Shown: positions 20,854 to 30,872, numbered from the stretch's first letter. The stretch: 64,000 bases of DNA from Alphaproteobacteria bacterium (GCA_965228895.1 OZ245842.1:4992001-5056000), one strand, 5' to 3'. The notes: a model not told the origin generated them from the letters alone. Program-made: numbers and translations.

Positions 20854-21683
20854 GGCCGCAGCACCAGACCTTCGCGCGCCACGATAGAGCCGGGCCGGGC
20901 GGCTTCGGCGTCGCCGGCTACAGCGTCCATGAAGTCATCGTCATGGCTGGGATCGTGATGAAAGATGACATAGGTCTTAACGCCTGCTTGTTCGCACAAC
21001 CGGACACCTTCCTGCCATGTCGAGTGGCCCCATGTGATGAAACGCGGAAACTCGTCGTCCGTGTAGGTCGCGTCATAGATGACAATATCCGCGCCGTCGA
21101 TCAGGCCGAGCACGTTGGCGTCGGGATGATCGGGCACATGCTCGGTATCGGTGACATAACAGATCGATCGTCCGTCATAGGTGACGCGATAGCCCGTGGC
21201 GCCGTTGGGATGATTGAGCGGCGCCGTTGCAACCGTGATGCCATCGCCCAGATCCAGCGCGTCACCCTGTGCGAAGGGGCGCCAGTCAATGGACGCAAGG
21301 ACGTTGCCCTGATGCACGGGCGTTGCCTTGTCTTCAAGGAAACGGCCCATGACCGATTCAAGCGTGTGGGGCGGCTTCAGGTGGCCGGACCAAGCCCTAA
21401 GCTGCGTGGTCGATTGCGCGAGGGCGCGAAAATAGGGCCAGCCGCAGACGTGATCGAGATGGGTGTGGGTCATCAACAGGTCGGCATGAAGCGGAACGCC
21501 GGCATCAAGCGATTCATCGAGCAGGCGAAGGCCGGTCCCGGCGTCCAAAATCAGCAACCGGTCGCCACAACGCACTTCCAGGCAGCTGGTGTTGCCGCCA
21601 TAACGCACCGTGGCCGGTCCCGGACTGGCTATGCTGCCCCTGACACCCCAGAAACGGACGTAAAACTCGCCGTAACCACTCAA
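20850..21683 (-). CDS. Metallo-beta-lactamase-fold hydrolase (possible phosphodiesterase)
   Basis: FWGVRGS, YGGNTSC, DAGTG, THTHLDH, TDTEH, GHSTW, FHHDP. Confidence 0.87.
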   Translation of the reverse strand: MSGYGEFYVRFWGVRGSIASPGPATVRYGGNTSCLEVRCGDRLLILDAGTGLRLLDESLDAGVPLHADLLMTHTHLDHVCGWPYFRALAQSTTQLRAWSGHLKPPHTLESVMGRFLEDKATPVHQGNVLASIDWRPFAQGDALDLGDGITVATAPLNHPNGATGYRVTYDGRSICYVTDTEHVPDHPDANVLGLIDGADIVIYDATYTDDEFPRFITWGHSTWQEGVRLCEQAGVKTYVIFHHDPSHDDDFMDAVAGDAEAARPGSIVAREGLVLRP

Positions 21684-21786
21684 AAGACGTTAGCCTCACA
21701 TTCTGCCGCCGGCGATACGCCCGGTCGGTCCAACGCTCATAGGCGAAACATCGCCATCTGTCGATTCACGTACGAGGAGTGCCGGT

Positions 21787-22353
21787 TTGAACGACTTGAA
21801 GACCCCGGACGCCGCCAAGGCGCGGCTTCTCGATCTGATCCGTGAGCACGCGCTGCTCAAAGACGGCGATTTTGTCCTGGCATCGGGCGCCCATGCGTCG
21901 ACCTATGTCGATCTGCGCCGGGTCACCATGCATCCCGACGGCGCCACGCTGATCGGTCACATGCTGGCGCCGCGCCTGGCCAAGGCCGGCATCACGGCGG
22001 TCGGCGGCATGGCGACGGCGGCGATCCCCGTGGTCAGCGCCGTCGTCATGGCAAGCGCCGGGACCGACCATCCGATCCGCGGTTTTTACGTCCGCGACAA
22101 GGCCAAGACCCGGGGCACCCAACGCCAGATTGAAGGTCAGCTTGAGGCCGGCGACACCGTGGCGCTGCTGGAAGACACCATGACCACCGGCGGCTCGACC
22201 ATGACGGCGGTCGAGGCGGTGCGCGAAGCCGGGTCGTCGGTCGCCCAGGTCATCACCGTGGTCGATCGTCAGCAAGGCGGTGCCAACCTCTACCGCGACG
22301 CCGGCATCCCGTTCGACGCCCTGGTCACCCTTGACGACATCAACAACGGCTGA
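21787..22353 (+). CDS. pyrE: Orotate phosphoribosyltransferase
   Basis: GDFVLASG..S..YVD, YVRDKAK.RG, PRPP loop LLEDTMTTGGS. Confidence 0.88.
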   Translation: MNDLKTPDAAKARLLDLIREHALLKDGDFVLASGAHASTYVDLRRVTMHPDGATLIGHMLAPRLAKAGITAVGGMATAAIPVVSAVVMASAGTDHPIRGFYVRDKAKTRGTQRQIEGQLEAGDTVALLEDTMTTGGSTMTAVEAVREAGSSVAQVITVVDRQQGGANLYRDAGIPFDALVTLDDINNG

Positions 22354-23551
22354 TCACGCAAAAACCGATTGGACCGGGGTCGCGTTGGGTCTGGCGCTGG
22401 CCGTCCTGGCGGCGTTCCAGATGCTGAAACTGGCGCCTGCCCTGCCGCTGATGATTACAGCCTACGACTATTCCTACATCTTGGCCGGCGCCATGGTGTC
22501 GATCTTTGCGGCGGTCGGCCTTGTTCTGACGCCGCCGCTCGGCGGGCTCATGGAACGCTGGCCGGGCCTTGTCCTGGGCAGCGGTTTCGCTGCGTTGGCG
22601 GTGGGCAACGTGGTGGTGCTCGCCTGGGCCGACCTGAACGGTGTTGCACTGGCCGGGCGTGGTCTTGAAGGCGTTGGCTACGCGATATTCGCGCTGGCCG
22701 GCACGGTGATCGTCAACCGCAGTGCCGGTCCGCAGCACTTGTCGATCGTCGCCGGCATGATCGGCTCCTGGGTGCCGATCGGCCAGATCGTGGCCCTGGC
22801 CATCGCCTGGCCGTTCCTTGATGCTGGCCTGTGGCGCCCTATCTGGTGGGCGTCCCTGGTTCTGACCGGTTTGGTTGCCCTGTGGCTCTGGGCCCGCCGG
22901 CGCGCCACCCTGCCCCTGATCGCCGTTGCGCGCAGCAGCCCAGCTCAGACGCGACCGAGCGGCCACGAATGGCGCATTCTGCTGCTGGCAGCCGGTGTCT
23001 TTGGTCTGTGGAGTGGCCAGTACCTCGCCTTTATGACCTGGTTGCCCAAGAACCTGGTCAGCGGGCACGGTCTGGGCGCCGACACTGCGGCCCTGATCAA
23101 TCTGGTGCCGGTCGTGGGCGTTCTGTTGATGTGCCTGGCCACCGGTTTCCTGCTGCGCGCCGGCCTTTCCTTCACTGGTCTGTTTTTCGGCGCGACGGCG
23201 ATCCAGGCGCCGATCTGGTTATTCGCCGACAGCCTGGGCCATGGCATTGGCCTGGCCGCGATCGCGGCTTATGGCTTGGCCTGCGGTGTCAGCCCGGTCT
23301 GCCTGTTTGCGGTGCCGGCACGACTTCTGGGCGGCGACAGGGTGAACCCAGGCGCTTTCGCGCCGATCATGTCGGGACGTAATCTGGGCATCCTGGCGGC
23401 GCCGGTGATGCTGGGCGCGCTGATTAGCGGCGACGACGATTGGACGATCGTCTGGCCCGTCTTCGCGGCCATTACCGCGGCGGCCGCGCTGGGCGCGCTG
23501 CTCATAGGCCTGACGCTCGCCAGGACTGCGACCGGAGGCCCCAAACACTAG
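22331..23551 (+). CDS. MFS transporter (CynX-like)
   Basis: About 12 hydrophobic helices, GRGLEGVG motif; start uncertain (TTG 22331 chosen over GTG 22280). Confidence 0.78.
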   Translation: MTTSTTADHAKTDWTGVALGLALAVLAAFQMLKLAPALPLMITAYDYSYILAGAMVSIFAAVGLVLTPPLGGLMERWPGLVLGSGFAALAVGNVVVLAWADLNGVALAGRGLEGVGYAIFALAGTVIVNRSAGPQHLSIVAGMIGSWVPIGQIVALAIAWPFLDAGLWRPIWWASLVLTGLVALWLWARRRATLPLIAVARSSPAQTRPSGHEWRILLLAAGVFGLWSGQYLAFMTWLPKNLVSGHGLGADTAALINLVPVVGVLLMCLATGFLLRAGLSFTGLFFGATAIQAPIWLFADSLGHGIGLAAIAAYGLACGVSPVCLFAVPARLLGGDRVNPGAFAPIMSGRNLGILAAPVMLGALISGDDDWTIVWPVFAAITAAAALGALLIGLTLARTATGGPKH

Positions 23552-23687
23552 AGCGGATCATGGTTAGATGGAACCGCTTGACGGTCCCAACTAACCATGT
23601 GAATCCGCTCTTTATCGATGAGTAGAGCAGATTCACCCGTCTTGATGTCATCGCGAAGCGATTCCATCAAAACAGGATCTGCTCTAG
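23548..23687. repeat. 140-bp CTAG-bounded double-hairpin element (RIME/BRU-RS-like MITE)
   Basis: Ends CTAGAGCGGATC ... GATCTGCTCTAG (1 mismatch in 12); two internal imperfect palindromes. Confidence 0.75.
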
Positions 23688-24373
23688 GGATTGAGTCGGT
23701 AACCGCCGGGTTCGGTGATCAAGAGACGAGCCTGGGAGGGATCCTCCTCGATCTTCTGGCGCAGGCGGTAGATATGTGTCTCCAGCGTATGGGTCGCGAC
23801 CCCGGCGTTATAGCCCCAGACCTTGTCGAGCAGCTCTTCGCGACCGACCGCCTTGGCACCGGAGCGGTAGAGGAACTTCAAAATCGCCGCTTCCTTTTCG
23901 GTCAGGCGGATCTTCTGGTTCTTCTCGTCATGAACCAGGAGCTTGGCCGCGGGCCGGAAGGTATAGGGGCCGATCGTGAAGACCGCGTCTTCGCTTTGTT
24001 CATGCTGCCTCAATTGGGCGCGCACCCGCGCCATCAAGACACCCAGCTTGAACGGCTTGGTGACATAGTCGTTGGCGCCGGATTCAAGGCCCAGAATGGT
24101 GTCGGCCTCGCCGTCGGCGGCGGTCAGCATGATGATCGGCATCTTGTGACCGGACCGGCGCATCAGGCGGCACAGCTCGCGGCCGTCCATGTCGGGCAGA
24201 CCGACATCCAACAGCAAAAGGTCGAAGCGATCGTCCTTAACGATATCCATCGCCTCTGAACCGCTGCCGACCTCCTCGACGTCGAATTCTTCGTGCAAAT
24301 GGAGCTGCTCGGCCAGCGAATGGCGCAGCGCCTCGTCGTCGTCGACGATCAGAATGGATCGGCCAGTGGACAT
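23684..24373 (-). CDS. cenR: OmpR-family response regulator, CenR/OtpR-like
   Basis: Receiver (VDDD, LDVGLPD, KPF) plus winged helix RLTEKE..VWGYNAGV.THTLETHIYRLRQKIE; position near L,D-transpeptidase/yggS/leuS fits the cenR context as I recall it. Confidence 0.72.
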   Translation of the reverse strand: MSTGRSILIVDDDEALRHSLAEQLHLHEEFDVEEVGSGSEAMDIVKDDRFDLLLLDVGLPDMDGRELCRLMRRSGHKMPIIMLTAADGEADTILGLESGANDYVTKPFKLGVLMARVRAQLRQHEQSEDAVFTIGPYTFRPAAKLLVHDEKNQKIRLTEKEAAILKFLYRSGAKAVGREELLDKVWGYNAGVATHTLETHIYRLRQKIEEDPSQARLLITEPGGYRLNP

Positions 24374-24439
24374 CGGCGAATTCCCCTTTGGGCATGAACA
24401 ACCAGCGATCGAAGCCTCAGGGCTCCGTCAGGTGCTGCT

Positions 24440-25345
24440 CTATATAGTGTCGTTTTCGCGCGGTGCATCAGCCTGGATCATTTGAACGAGATGGCGGGAA
24501 AGCGGGCTTTTAGGCTCCGCAAGCTCCTCGATAATAGAAAAGTGATGATGGCCGGGCATGGTTTGCGCCGTGACCGGTACGCCTGCGCTGTCAAGTGCGT
24601 CCGCATACCGCGCGAGATTGCGATGAAACTCGTCGGTTTCGTCCACACCGACCGCAAGGTGGACGGGAATATACGGTTTCGGGGTAAACGGCGCGAGCCG
24701 GACCGGGCTGTTTCGCGCTGCCGCTTGGGCATCCAGCTGCAAATCGACGTTCAAGAAGGTCGATCGCAGGACATCCAGATCAAACAGGCCGCTGATGGCC
24801 GTCATGCTGCGCACAAATCCCGAATGAACCCGGTTTTCCGTGAAACCCGACCAATCAGTCGCCAGGATCATCGCGGCCAAATGACCACCGGCGGAATGGC
24901 CGCTGATGTGCAACCGGTTGCCGTCACCGTTCCAGGTGGCCGCATGATCGTGCAGCCAAACGGCGGCATCGCGGCATTGGCGCACGATGACGTCCATCTC
25001 AACCGAAGGTGCCAGATCGTAGTTGATGACCGCCACGGTCGCGTCGGCCGGCGCCAGGCCCATGGCGACAAAGCTGAACTTGGCCTTGTCGAGCGAGCGC
25101 CAATAGCCGCCATGGATGAACATATGCACCGGCGCACCGGGTGCGGATGCCGGAAAGATATCGAGTTTCTGGCCGGGATCAGGGCCATAGGCGACGTCGT
25201 AGTTGCCGCGAAAACCGTTACGCGTCTGCTCGCTTAGCACGTCGTAACGGTCAAAATACGCCTGATGGTCGGAGACCCTGCCACGCAGATCGTATTGCAG
25301 ATTCAGTTCCTCGCGGCTGTAGCCGTGAAACGTGTCCGATGGCAT
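24440..25345 (-). CDS. Alpha/beta hydrolase (arylformamidase/kynurenine formamidase-like)
   Basis: FIHGGYW oxyanion motif, GHSAG nucleophile, HHHF. Confidence 0.85.
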   Translation of the reverse strand: MPSDTFHGYSREELNLQYDLRGRVSDHQAYFDRYDVLSEQTRNGFRGNYDVAYGPDPGQKLDIFPASAPGAPVHMFIHGGYWRSLDKAKFSFVAMGLAPADATVAVINYDLAPSVEMDVIVRQCRDAAVWLHDHAATWNGDGNRLHISGHSAGGHLAAMILATDWSGFTENRVHSGFVRSMTAISGLFDLDVLRSTFLNVDLQLDAQAAARNSPVRLAPFTPKPYIPVHLAVGVDETDEFHRNLARYADALDSAGVPVTAQTMPGHHHFSIIEELAEPKSPLSRHLVQMIQADAPRENDTI

Positions 25346-25587
25346 GGGCGCCTGCTGTTCCAGGTTTCGTAAGAGACGAGGTTAAGGTCGCCATACCCAG
25401 GGCTGCAAGGGGGCCCGTTGGAGCCGGTAACCAACGCGGGGGTCACAGTCGCCTCACGGATATGTGATGGCGTAGGCCGACTGGCGGTTCCGCCATCAAC
25501 GCCTTGGACGGCAACAGACCTAGCTTACATACTGTGGCGCCGCCGCGCCATTCTGCCGGCCCCTCGCCATGGAGTACCGCGCCCACC

Positions 25588-27975
25588 ATGACCGCAAAAT
25601 CCCTGCGCGCCGAACAGATCGGCAAACCATCGTTCGCCGGCCGTTTCGAGCTGCCCGACGCCAAAGACGACGACATCCGCCTGTTCGACCTGCCGAGCCA
25701 CAAGCGCGCCCGCGAGGCCTTGGACTTCGCGCTGCCGATCAGGGACATCGGCTACAACATCTTTGTGCTGGGCGAAGACCGCACCGGTCGCATGGACGCG
25801 ACCATGACCTATGTGAAGGACTTCATCGACGGTCAGAAACCGTCAGACGACTGGGTCTATCTCAACAACTTTCGGCGCCCCCACAAACCGCGTCCGATCC
25901 GCCTGCCCGCCGGCAAGGGACGCCGGTTCCGCGACGACATGAAGGAATTGGTGCCGGCCATCACGGAGGCGCTGCGCAAGGCCTTTACCGGCGACGCCTA
26001 CGCCGACGAGGTGCGCACCGAGCAGGAGCGTACCAAAAAACAGTTGGACGCGGCCTATAGCGGACTGCGCGAACAGGCGCGGGCCGAAGGACTGGACGTT
26101 TGGTCCAGCCAACAGGGATTGTCCCTTGTCGTCTTGGGCGACGACGGCAAACCGCGCAGCCAGGAAGAACTGATGGCGCTGCCCGACGATGAGCGCAAAC
26201 GTCTGGAGGAAGCCATCGACCGTTTGAATCCGGCGATGGTGGACATGCGCGCGACGGCGCGCCGCGCGGAGGTCGAGCTGGCCCGCAACATCCGCGACAT
26301 CAACCGCCGCATCGCCGATGAGACGACGGGCACGCTGCTGACGGATCTGGAGGAGGAGTATGCCGCCCACCCCGGTCTGCGACGCTGGCTCGTCGAGCTG
26401 AGGAACGACATTCTGGACAACCTGCACCTGTTTCAGGTGCAAGAGCCACCGGAAGGCCAGGCGCAACAGGATCCGATGACGCGCTATGCGGTCAACCTGC
26501 TGGTCGACAACGGCGACACCAAACACCCGAATGTCGTGCTGGAGGCGAACCCGACCTATCAGAACATCTTCGGCTCGATCGAGTACCGGCCGGTCAGCGG
26601 TACGCTTCAGACAGATTTCACAATGATCCGCGGCGGCGCCCTGCACCGGGCCAATGGCGGAATTCTTGTGCTGCGCGCCGAGGCGATCGCGGCCGAACCG
26701 GCGGCGTGGCATTTCTTGAAGGGCGCGCTGCGCGACAACGAGATCCGTATCGAGGAGCTCTATCGTTTCGGCGGTGTGCCCATGACCGGCACTCCCCAAC
26801 CCAAAGCAATTCCGTTGGACGTCAAGGTCGTGCTGATCGGCGCGCCAATCTGGTACCAGCGTTTTTTGAACCTTGATTCGGACTTCCGCACGTTTTTCAA
26901 GATCAAGGCCGAGATCGACGGCGAGGTCGAAGCCGAAGGCGACGACGCCAACATCCAGACCTTCGCGCGCCTGATTCAAAGAGCAGCCGGCAGAGCCGGG
27001 CGGGTTTGCGACGCCGGCGCGATCGACAACCTGATGGGTCACGCCGCGCGCTGGGCATCGGACCGCGACAAACTCTCCGCGCGTTTCGAGCTGGTCGAGG
27101 ACGTTCTGACCGAAGCCTGCCTGTTGTGCGGCAAAGATGAACCGCTGACGGCGGAGCAGGTCGAAAAGGCGCTGAACGACAGGCTCAGACGCAACAGCCG
27201 ACCGGAAGACCGCAGCCAGGAGCAGATCGAAAAAGGCACGGTCATGATCGATACCGACGGCGCGGCGCCGGGTCAGGTCAACGGCTTGGTCTATCTGAAC
27301 GTTGGCGATCATACCTTCGGTCTGCCGTCGCGCATTACCGCGCGTGCCTCGGTTGGCTCCTACGGCGTCGTCAACATCGAACGCATGGTCAACATGGGCG
27401 GGCCGATCCAGCAGAAAGGCGCGTTAATCGTCGAGGGTTTCTTGTCGGGTCTGTTCGCTCAGCGTTTCCCGCTCTCGTTCTCCTGCTCCATCACGTTCGA
27501 ACAATCCTATGGCGGCGTCGAGGGCGACAGCGCGTCGCTTGCCGAGGTCTGTGCGATTCTCTCGGCGCTGTCGGGACTGCCGCTACGCCAGGACATCGCC
27601 ATGACCGGGTCGGTCAACCAGGCCGGCGATGTCCAGGCAATCGGCGGCGCCATCGAAAAGATTGAGGGTTTCTACCGGGTCTGTTCAGAGCGCGGTTTGA
27701 CCGGCAACCAGGGCGCGCTGGTGCCTGCAGCCAACGAGCGCCACTTGATCTTGAAGCCGGAGATCGTCGAAGCGGTTTCCGATGGCCGGTTCCACGTCTG
27801 GAGCGCGACGCGGGTGAGCGACGCCATCGAACTGTTGACCGGCCGGCCGGCCGGCGAACCGGACGCCGACGGCAACTACCCGCCCGACAGCGTCTTCGGT
27901 CTTGCCATGGCGCAGCTGGAAGCGTTCGACCAGGCGCTGACCGAGCGCGGCGCCATTCGTCTGGGTGGTCTTTGA
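25588..27975 (+). CDS. LonC-like Lon-family protease (degenerate AAA + Ser-Lys protease domain)
   Basis: DWVYLNNF..P.KP, GALHRANGG, GQVNGL, FEQSYGGVEGDSAS, TGSVNQ.G..QAIGG..EKIEGF. Confidence 0.85.
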   Translation: MTAKSLRAEQIGKPSFAGRFELPDAKDDDIRLFDLPSHKRAREALDFALPIRDIGYNIFVLGEDRTGRMDATMTYVKDFIDGQKPSDDWVYLNNFRRPHKPRPIRLPAGKGRRFRDDMKELVPAITEALRKAFTGDAYADEVRTEQERTKKQLDAAYSGLREQARAEGLDVWSSQQGLSLVVLGDDGKPRSQEELMALPDDERKRLEEAIDRLNPAMVDMRATARRAEVELARNIRDINRRIADETTGTLLTDLEEEYAAHPGLRRWLVELRNDILDNLHLFQVQEPPEGQAQQDPMTRYAVNLLVDNGDTKHPNVVLEANPTYQNIFGSIEYRPVSGTLQTDFTMIRGGALHRANGGILVLRAEAIAAEPAAWHFLKGALRDNEIRIEELYRFGGVPMTGTPQPKAIPLDVKVVLIGAPIWYQRFLNLDSDFRTFFKIKAEIDGEVEAEGDDANIQTFARLIQRAAGRAGRVCDAGAIDNLMGHAARWASDRDKLSARFELVEDVLTEACLLCGKDEPLTAEQVEKALNDRLRRNSRPEDRSQEQIEKGTVMIDTDGAAPGQVNGLVYLNVGDHTFGLPSRITARASVGSYGVVNIERMVNMGGPIQQKGALIVEGFLSGLFAQRFPLSFSCSITFEQSYGGVEGDSASLAEVCAILSALSGLPLRQDIAMTGSVNQAGDVQAIGGAIEKIEGFYRVCSERGLTGNQGALVPAANERHLILKPEIVEAVSDGRFHVWSATRVSDAIELLTGRPAGEPDADGNYPPDSVFGLAMAQLEAFDQALTERGAIRLGGL

Positions 27976-28484
27976 TGGCAGGCGCCGACCTGGTCGTCTC
28001 GCCGGACGGCCACGCCAAGCTCGGTCGGCGCCGTTTTCGCTGCGCCGTGGGCCGCGGTGGCGTCAGGGGTTTCAAGCTGGAAGGTGACGGCGCGACGCCG
28101 GCGGGTGTCTTCCCGCTACGCCGCCTGTTCTACCGCCCCGACCGCATCCGCGATCCGGAAACCGGCCTGCCGTGCGTGACCCTGACGCCGGCCGACGGCT
28201 GGTGCGATGACCCCGCCGATCCCAACTACAACCGTCCGGTCAAGCGACCGTTCTGGAAAGGCCACGAGGTCATGTGGCGCGGCGACCACCTTTACGACCT
28301 CGTCGTCGACGTCGGCTACAACGACGACCCGCCGGTGCCCGGCCGCGGCAGCGCGATCTTTCTGCATCTCGCGCGTCCCGACTACAGCCCGACGGAGGGC
28401 TGCGTCGCCTTTTCGCGCGATGACTTTCTTTGGATTCTCTCACGGCTGACGCCGCAGTCACGCCTGGTTGTCGAACCCAAGTGA
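27975..28484 (+). CDS. L,D-transpeptidase (YkuD-like) family protein
   Basis: EGDGATP.G, GWCDDP..P.YN, GSAIFLH...PTEGCVA (His/Cys). Confidence 0.85.
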   Translation: MAGADLVVSPDGHAKLGRRRFRCAVGRGGVRGFKLEGDGATPAGVFPLRRLFYRPDRIRDPETGLPCVTLTPADGWCDDPADPNYNRPVKRPFWKGHEVMWRGDHLYDLVVDVGYNDDPPVPGRGSAIFLHLARPDYSPTEGCVAFSRDDFLWILSRLTPQSRLVVEPK

Positions 28485-28492
28485 GCTGACGG

Positions 28493-29182
28493 TCAGGCCG
28501 ATGGCAGCGGCGGTCTGTGCCCGAAGATGGCCGTGCCTACGCGGACATGGGTCGCGCCGAAGGTGACGGCGATTGGAAAATCGCCGCTCATACCCATGGA
28601 GAGCTGATCAAGGCCGTTGCGCCGCGCGATCTCGCGTAGCAACGCAAAGTGCATGGACGGTTCTTCGTCGAAGGGCGGGATACACATCAGCCCGACGACG
28701 TTCAGCCCGCTATCGCGCGCAATGGTAACCAGCCCGTCTGTGTCGTCAGGCAGCACGCCCGCTTTCTGCGGCTCTTCGCCCGTGTTGACCTGAACGAAGC
28801 AGGCGGGACGGCGATCCTGCTTGTCCATCTCTTTGGCCAGCGCGCGGACCAGCTTTTCGCGATCGATGGTTTGGATGACGTCAAACAGCGCGATGGCATT
28901 CTTTGCCTTGTTGGTCTGCAGAGGCCCGATCAGGTGCAGCTCGACATCGGGGAACTGTTCTATGAGTGCGGGCCACTTGGTCTCCGCCTCCTGCACCCGG
29001 TTCTCGCCGAAGACACGATGACCGGCATGGAGGACGGGCAGGATGTGCGCGGCATCATGGGTCTTGCTGACCGCAATCAAGGTGACGTCGTCGCGATTTC
29101 TGCCGGCGTCGCGCGCGGCCGCTGCGATTGCCGCGTGCACCTCCTTCAAGTTCGCCGCGACGTCTAGGTCATCACCCGTCAT
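28493..29182 (-). CDS. yggS: PLP homeostasis protein YggS
   Basis: LIAVSKTH, FGENRVQE, HLIGPLQTNK, GLMCIPP, LSMGMSGD, VRVGTAIFG. Confidence 0.95.
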   Translation of the reverse strand: MTGDDLDVAANLKEVHAAIAAAARDAGRNRDDVTLIAVSKTHDAAHILPVLHAGHRVFGENRVQEAETKWPALIEQFPDVELHLIGPLQTNKAKNAIALFDVIQTIDREKLVRALAKEMDKQDRRPACFVQVNTGEEPQKAGVLPDDTDGLVTIARDSGLNVVGLMCIPPFDEEPSMHFALLREIARRNGLDQLSMGMSGDFPIAVTFGATHVRVGTAIFGHRPPLPSA

Positions 29183-30014
29183 GTCCGTCACTTCCATAAC
29201 CGAACCGTGCCATCTGTGTGCCATGGTCCGCCACAATACGGGCAGACTGTTCGTCGGTCAGCACCTGTCGCCACGTGCCGGATTGTCCGACGCGAAAAAA
29301 CTGGTCCTGGCGGTGCGAGCGTTCGACAAAGCCGGAAGTTCTTTCCTGGCGACTCAACTGCCGGAACGACGTGTTGGCCAGCGCACGGCGAAACACCTGT
29401 TCGTCGCTCGTGAGACCTAGAAAACGCAGAACGCCCGCAAAGGAAGTCTCGGGATCGCACAGCAGATCCTCATAGCGAACGGTGTGTACACTGTCGTTGC
29501 CCGGCGCCGTCCACGTCGCGACGTTCTGCGACCAGCTGCCGGGAAACTCCGTGACATGGGTTTCGTCCAGTTGGGTATGGGCGTGCTCTGTCGCCATGAT
29601 CTCGATGACGCGATCGATGGTCACCGCCAAATGATCGGCATAGGACACGGCGACATCGCGTGGGTCGCGCACCAGATAGACGGCGCCCGCCGTGACGTCG
29701 ATGGCGTGGCTCGGCTTGCCGCCGATGCGGGTCAGCGCCGAGTGGGTCTTGATCAGCATGTTGGCCGAGCCGGACCGGGCGAGCGAGCGTTGTACGTCAG
29801 CTCTGAGGGCCGCGATTCCGGCATCGCCCAACGCGTCGAGCGGCTGGTCGGCAACATGTTCGAAGTCGGGACGCCAGGCATCGCTGCGCGATGACTTGGC
29901 GAGAGCATTGAGATCAAGCGGCCCGCCCTTGTCATGCAGAACATTGTGCAAGAAGGCGCGCAGCCAGGTGTTGCCGGATTTCGGGTAGCTGGCGAGCCAG
30001 ACGATCCTGCCCAT
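29172..30014 (-). CDS. PAPS-dependent sulfotransferase (array copy 8, last transcribed)
   Basis: 5'-PSB SYPKSGNTW, KTH, RDPRDVAVS, RYEDL, FFRVGQSGTW. Confidence 0.92.
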   Translation of the reverse strand: MGRIVWLASYPKSGNTWLRAFLHNVLHDKGGPLDLNALAKSSRSDAWRPDFEHVADQPLDALGDAGIAALRADVQRSLARSGSANMLIKTHSALTRIGGKPSHAIDVTAGAVYLVRDPRDVAVSYADHLAVTIDRVIEIMATEHAHTQLDETHVTEFPGSWSQNVATWTAPGNDSVHTVRYEDLLCDPETSFAGVLRFLGLTSDEQVFRRALANTSFRQLSRQERTSGFVERSHRQDQFFRVGQSGTWRQVLTDEQSARIVADHGTQMARFGYGSDGHDG

Positions 30015-30026
30015 GGCGGAGCCGGC

Positions 30027-30863
30027 CTAGAATCCGTCCGGCAGGTAACCGAAGCGCGCCATCTGCGGTCGGTGTGCCTCGACGATCCTGCGCACCTGGG
30101 CGTCGCTCAGAACTTCGCGCCATTCCTCGACACGGCCTGAGCGGAAGAAATGATCTTGCACCGGCGTACGTTCAACAAACCCGGTTTTGGCTTCCATCCT
30201 TCTGGCTGTGTCGAACGCGGCGTGCCTGACCGCGCGATCGATCTTTTCGGGCGTTGTCTCGATCCGCATGAAGCTGACGAGATCACCAAAGGCGGTTTTG
30301 GCATCGTCCACCATATCCTCGTAGCGCATGATGTGGATCATCGGGCTGTCGGTCGCCGTCCAACTTGTCACATGCTGCGACCAACTGCCCATGACCTCAT
30401 ACACATTGGTCGCGTTGGTCGGCGTGCGAAACATATCGGTCGCCATGATCTCGGTCATGGCGTCAATCGCGATGCCCTGGTGATGGGCATAGGAGATGAC
30501 GACGTCCAGCGGGTTTCTGACCACATAGACCGCGCCGTGGGTCACCGTCATGTTGATCGTCGGGACACCGCCGACCTTGACGAACGCGCTGTGGGTCTTG
30601 ACCGGAACAACACCCTCGCGTGTCTGGCTGATGCGCTCCTGAACCTGGGGCCTCAGACGCGCGATGTCGGCGTCGGACCAGTCCTGCCACGGCCGCTGAT
30701 CGAACAACGCAAAACCTGCGGTGCCCGGTTCGGCAAGCGTCACCTCGCCGATCCGGTTGATGTCGAAGGGTGTCGGGCTATCCGCCAAGAGGTTACTGAG
30801 GAAAAGACGCAGCCACGTGTTGCCGGATTTCGGATAGCTGGCGAGCCACAGAATCTTACCCAT
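30027..30863 (-). CDS. PAPS-dependent sulfotransferase (copy 7)
   Basis: SYPKSGNTW, KTH, RNPLDVVIS, RYEDM, FFRSGRVEEW. Confidence 0.92.
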   Translation of the reverse strand: MGKILWLASYPKSGNTWLRLFLSNLLADSPTPFDINRIGEVTLAEPGTAGFALFDQRPWQDWSDADIARLRPQVQERISQTREGVVPVKTHSAFVKVGGVPTINMTVTHGAVYVVRNPLDVVISYAHHQGIAIDAMTEIMATDMFRTPTNATNVYEVMGSWSQHVTSWTATDSPMIHIMRYEDMVDDAKTAFGDLVSFMRIETTPEKIDRAVRHAAFDTARRMEAKTGFVERTPVQDHFFRSGRVEEWREVLSDAQVRRIVEAHRPQMARFGYLPDGF

Positions 30864-30872
30864 GTGGCGACC

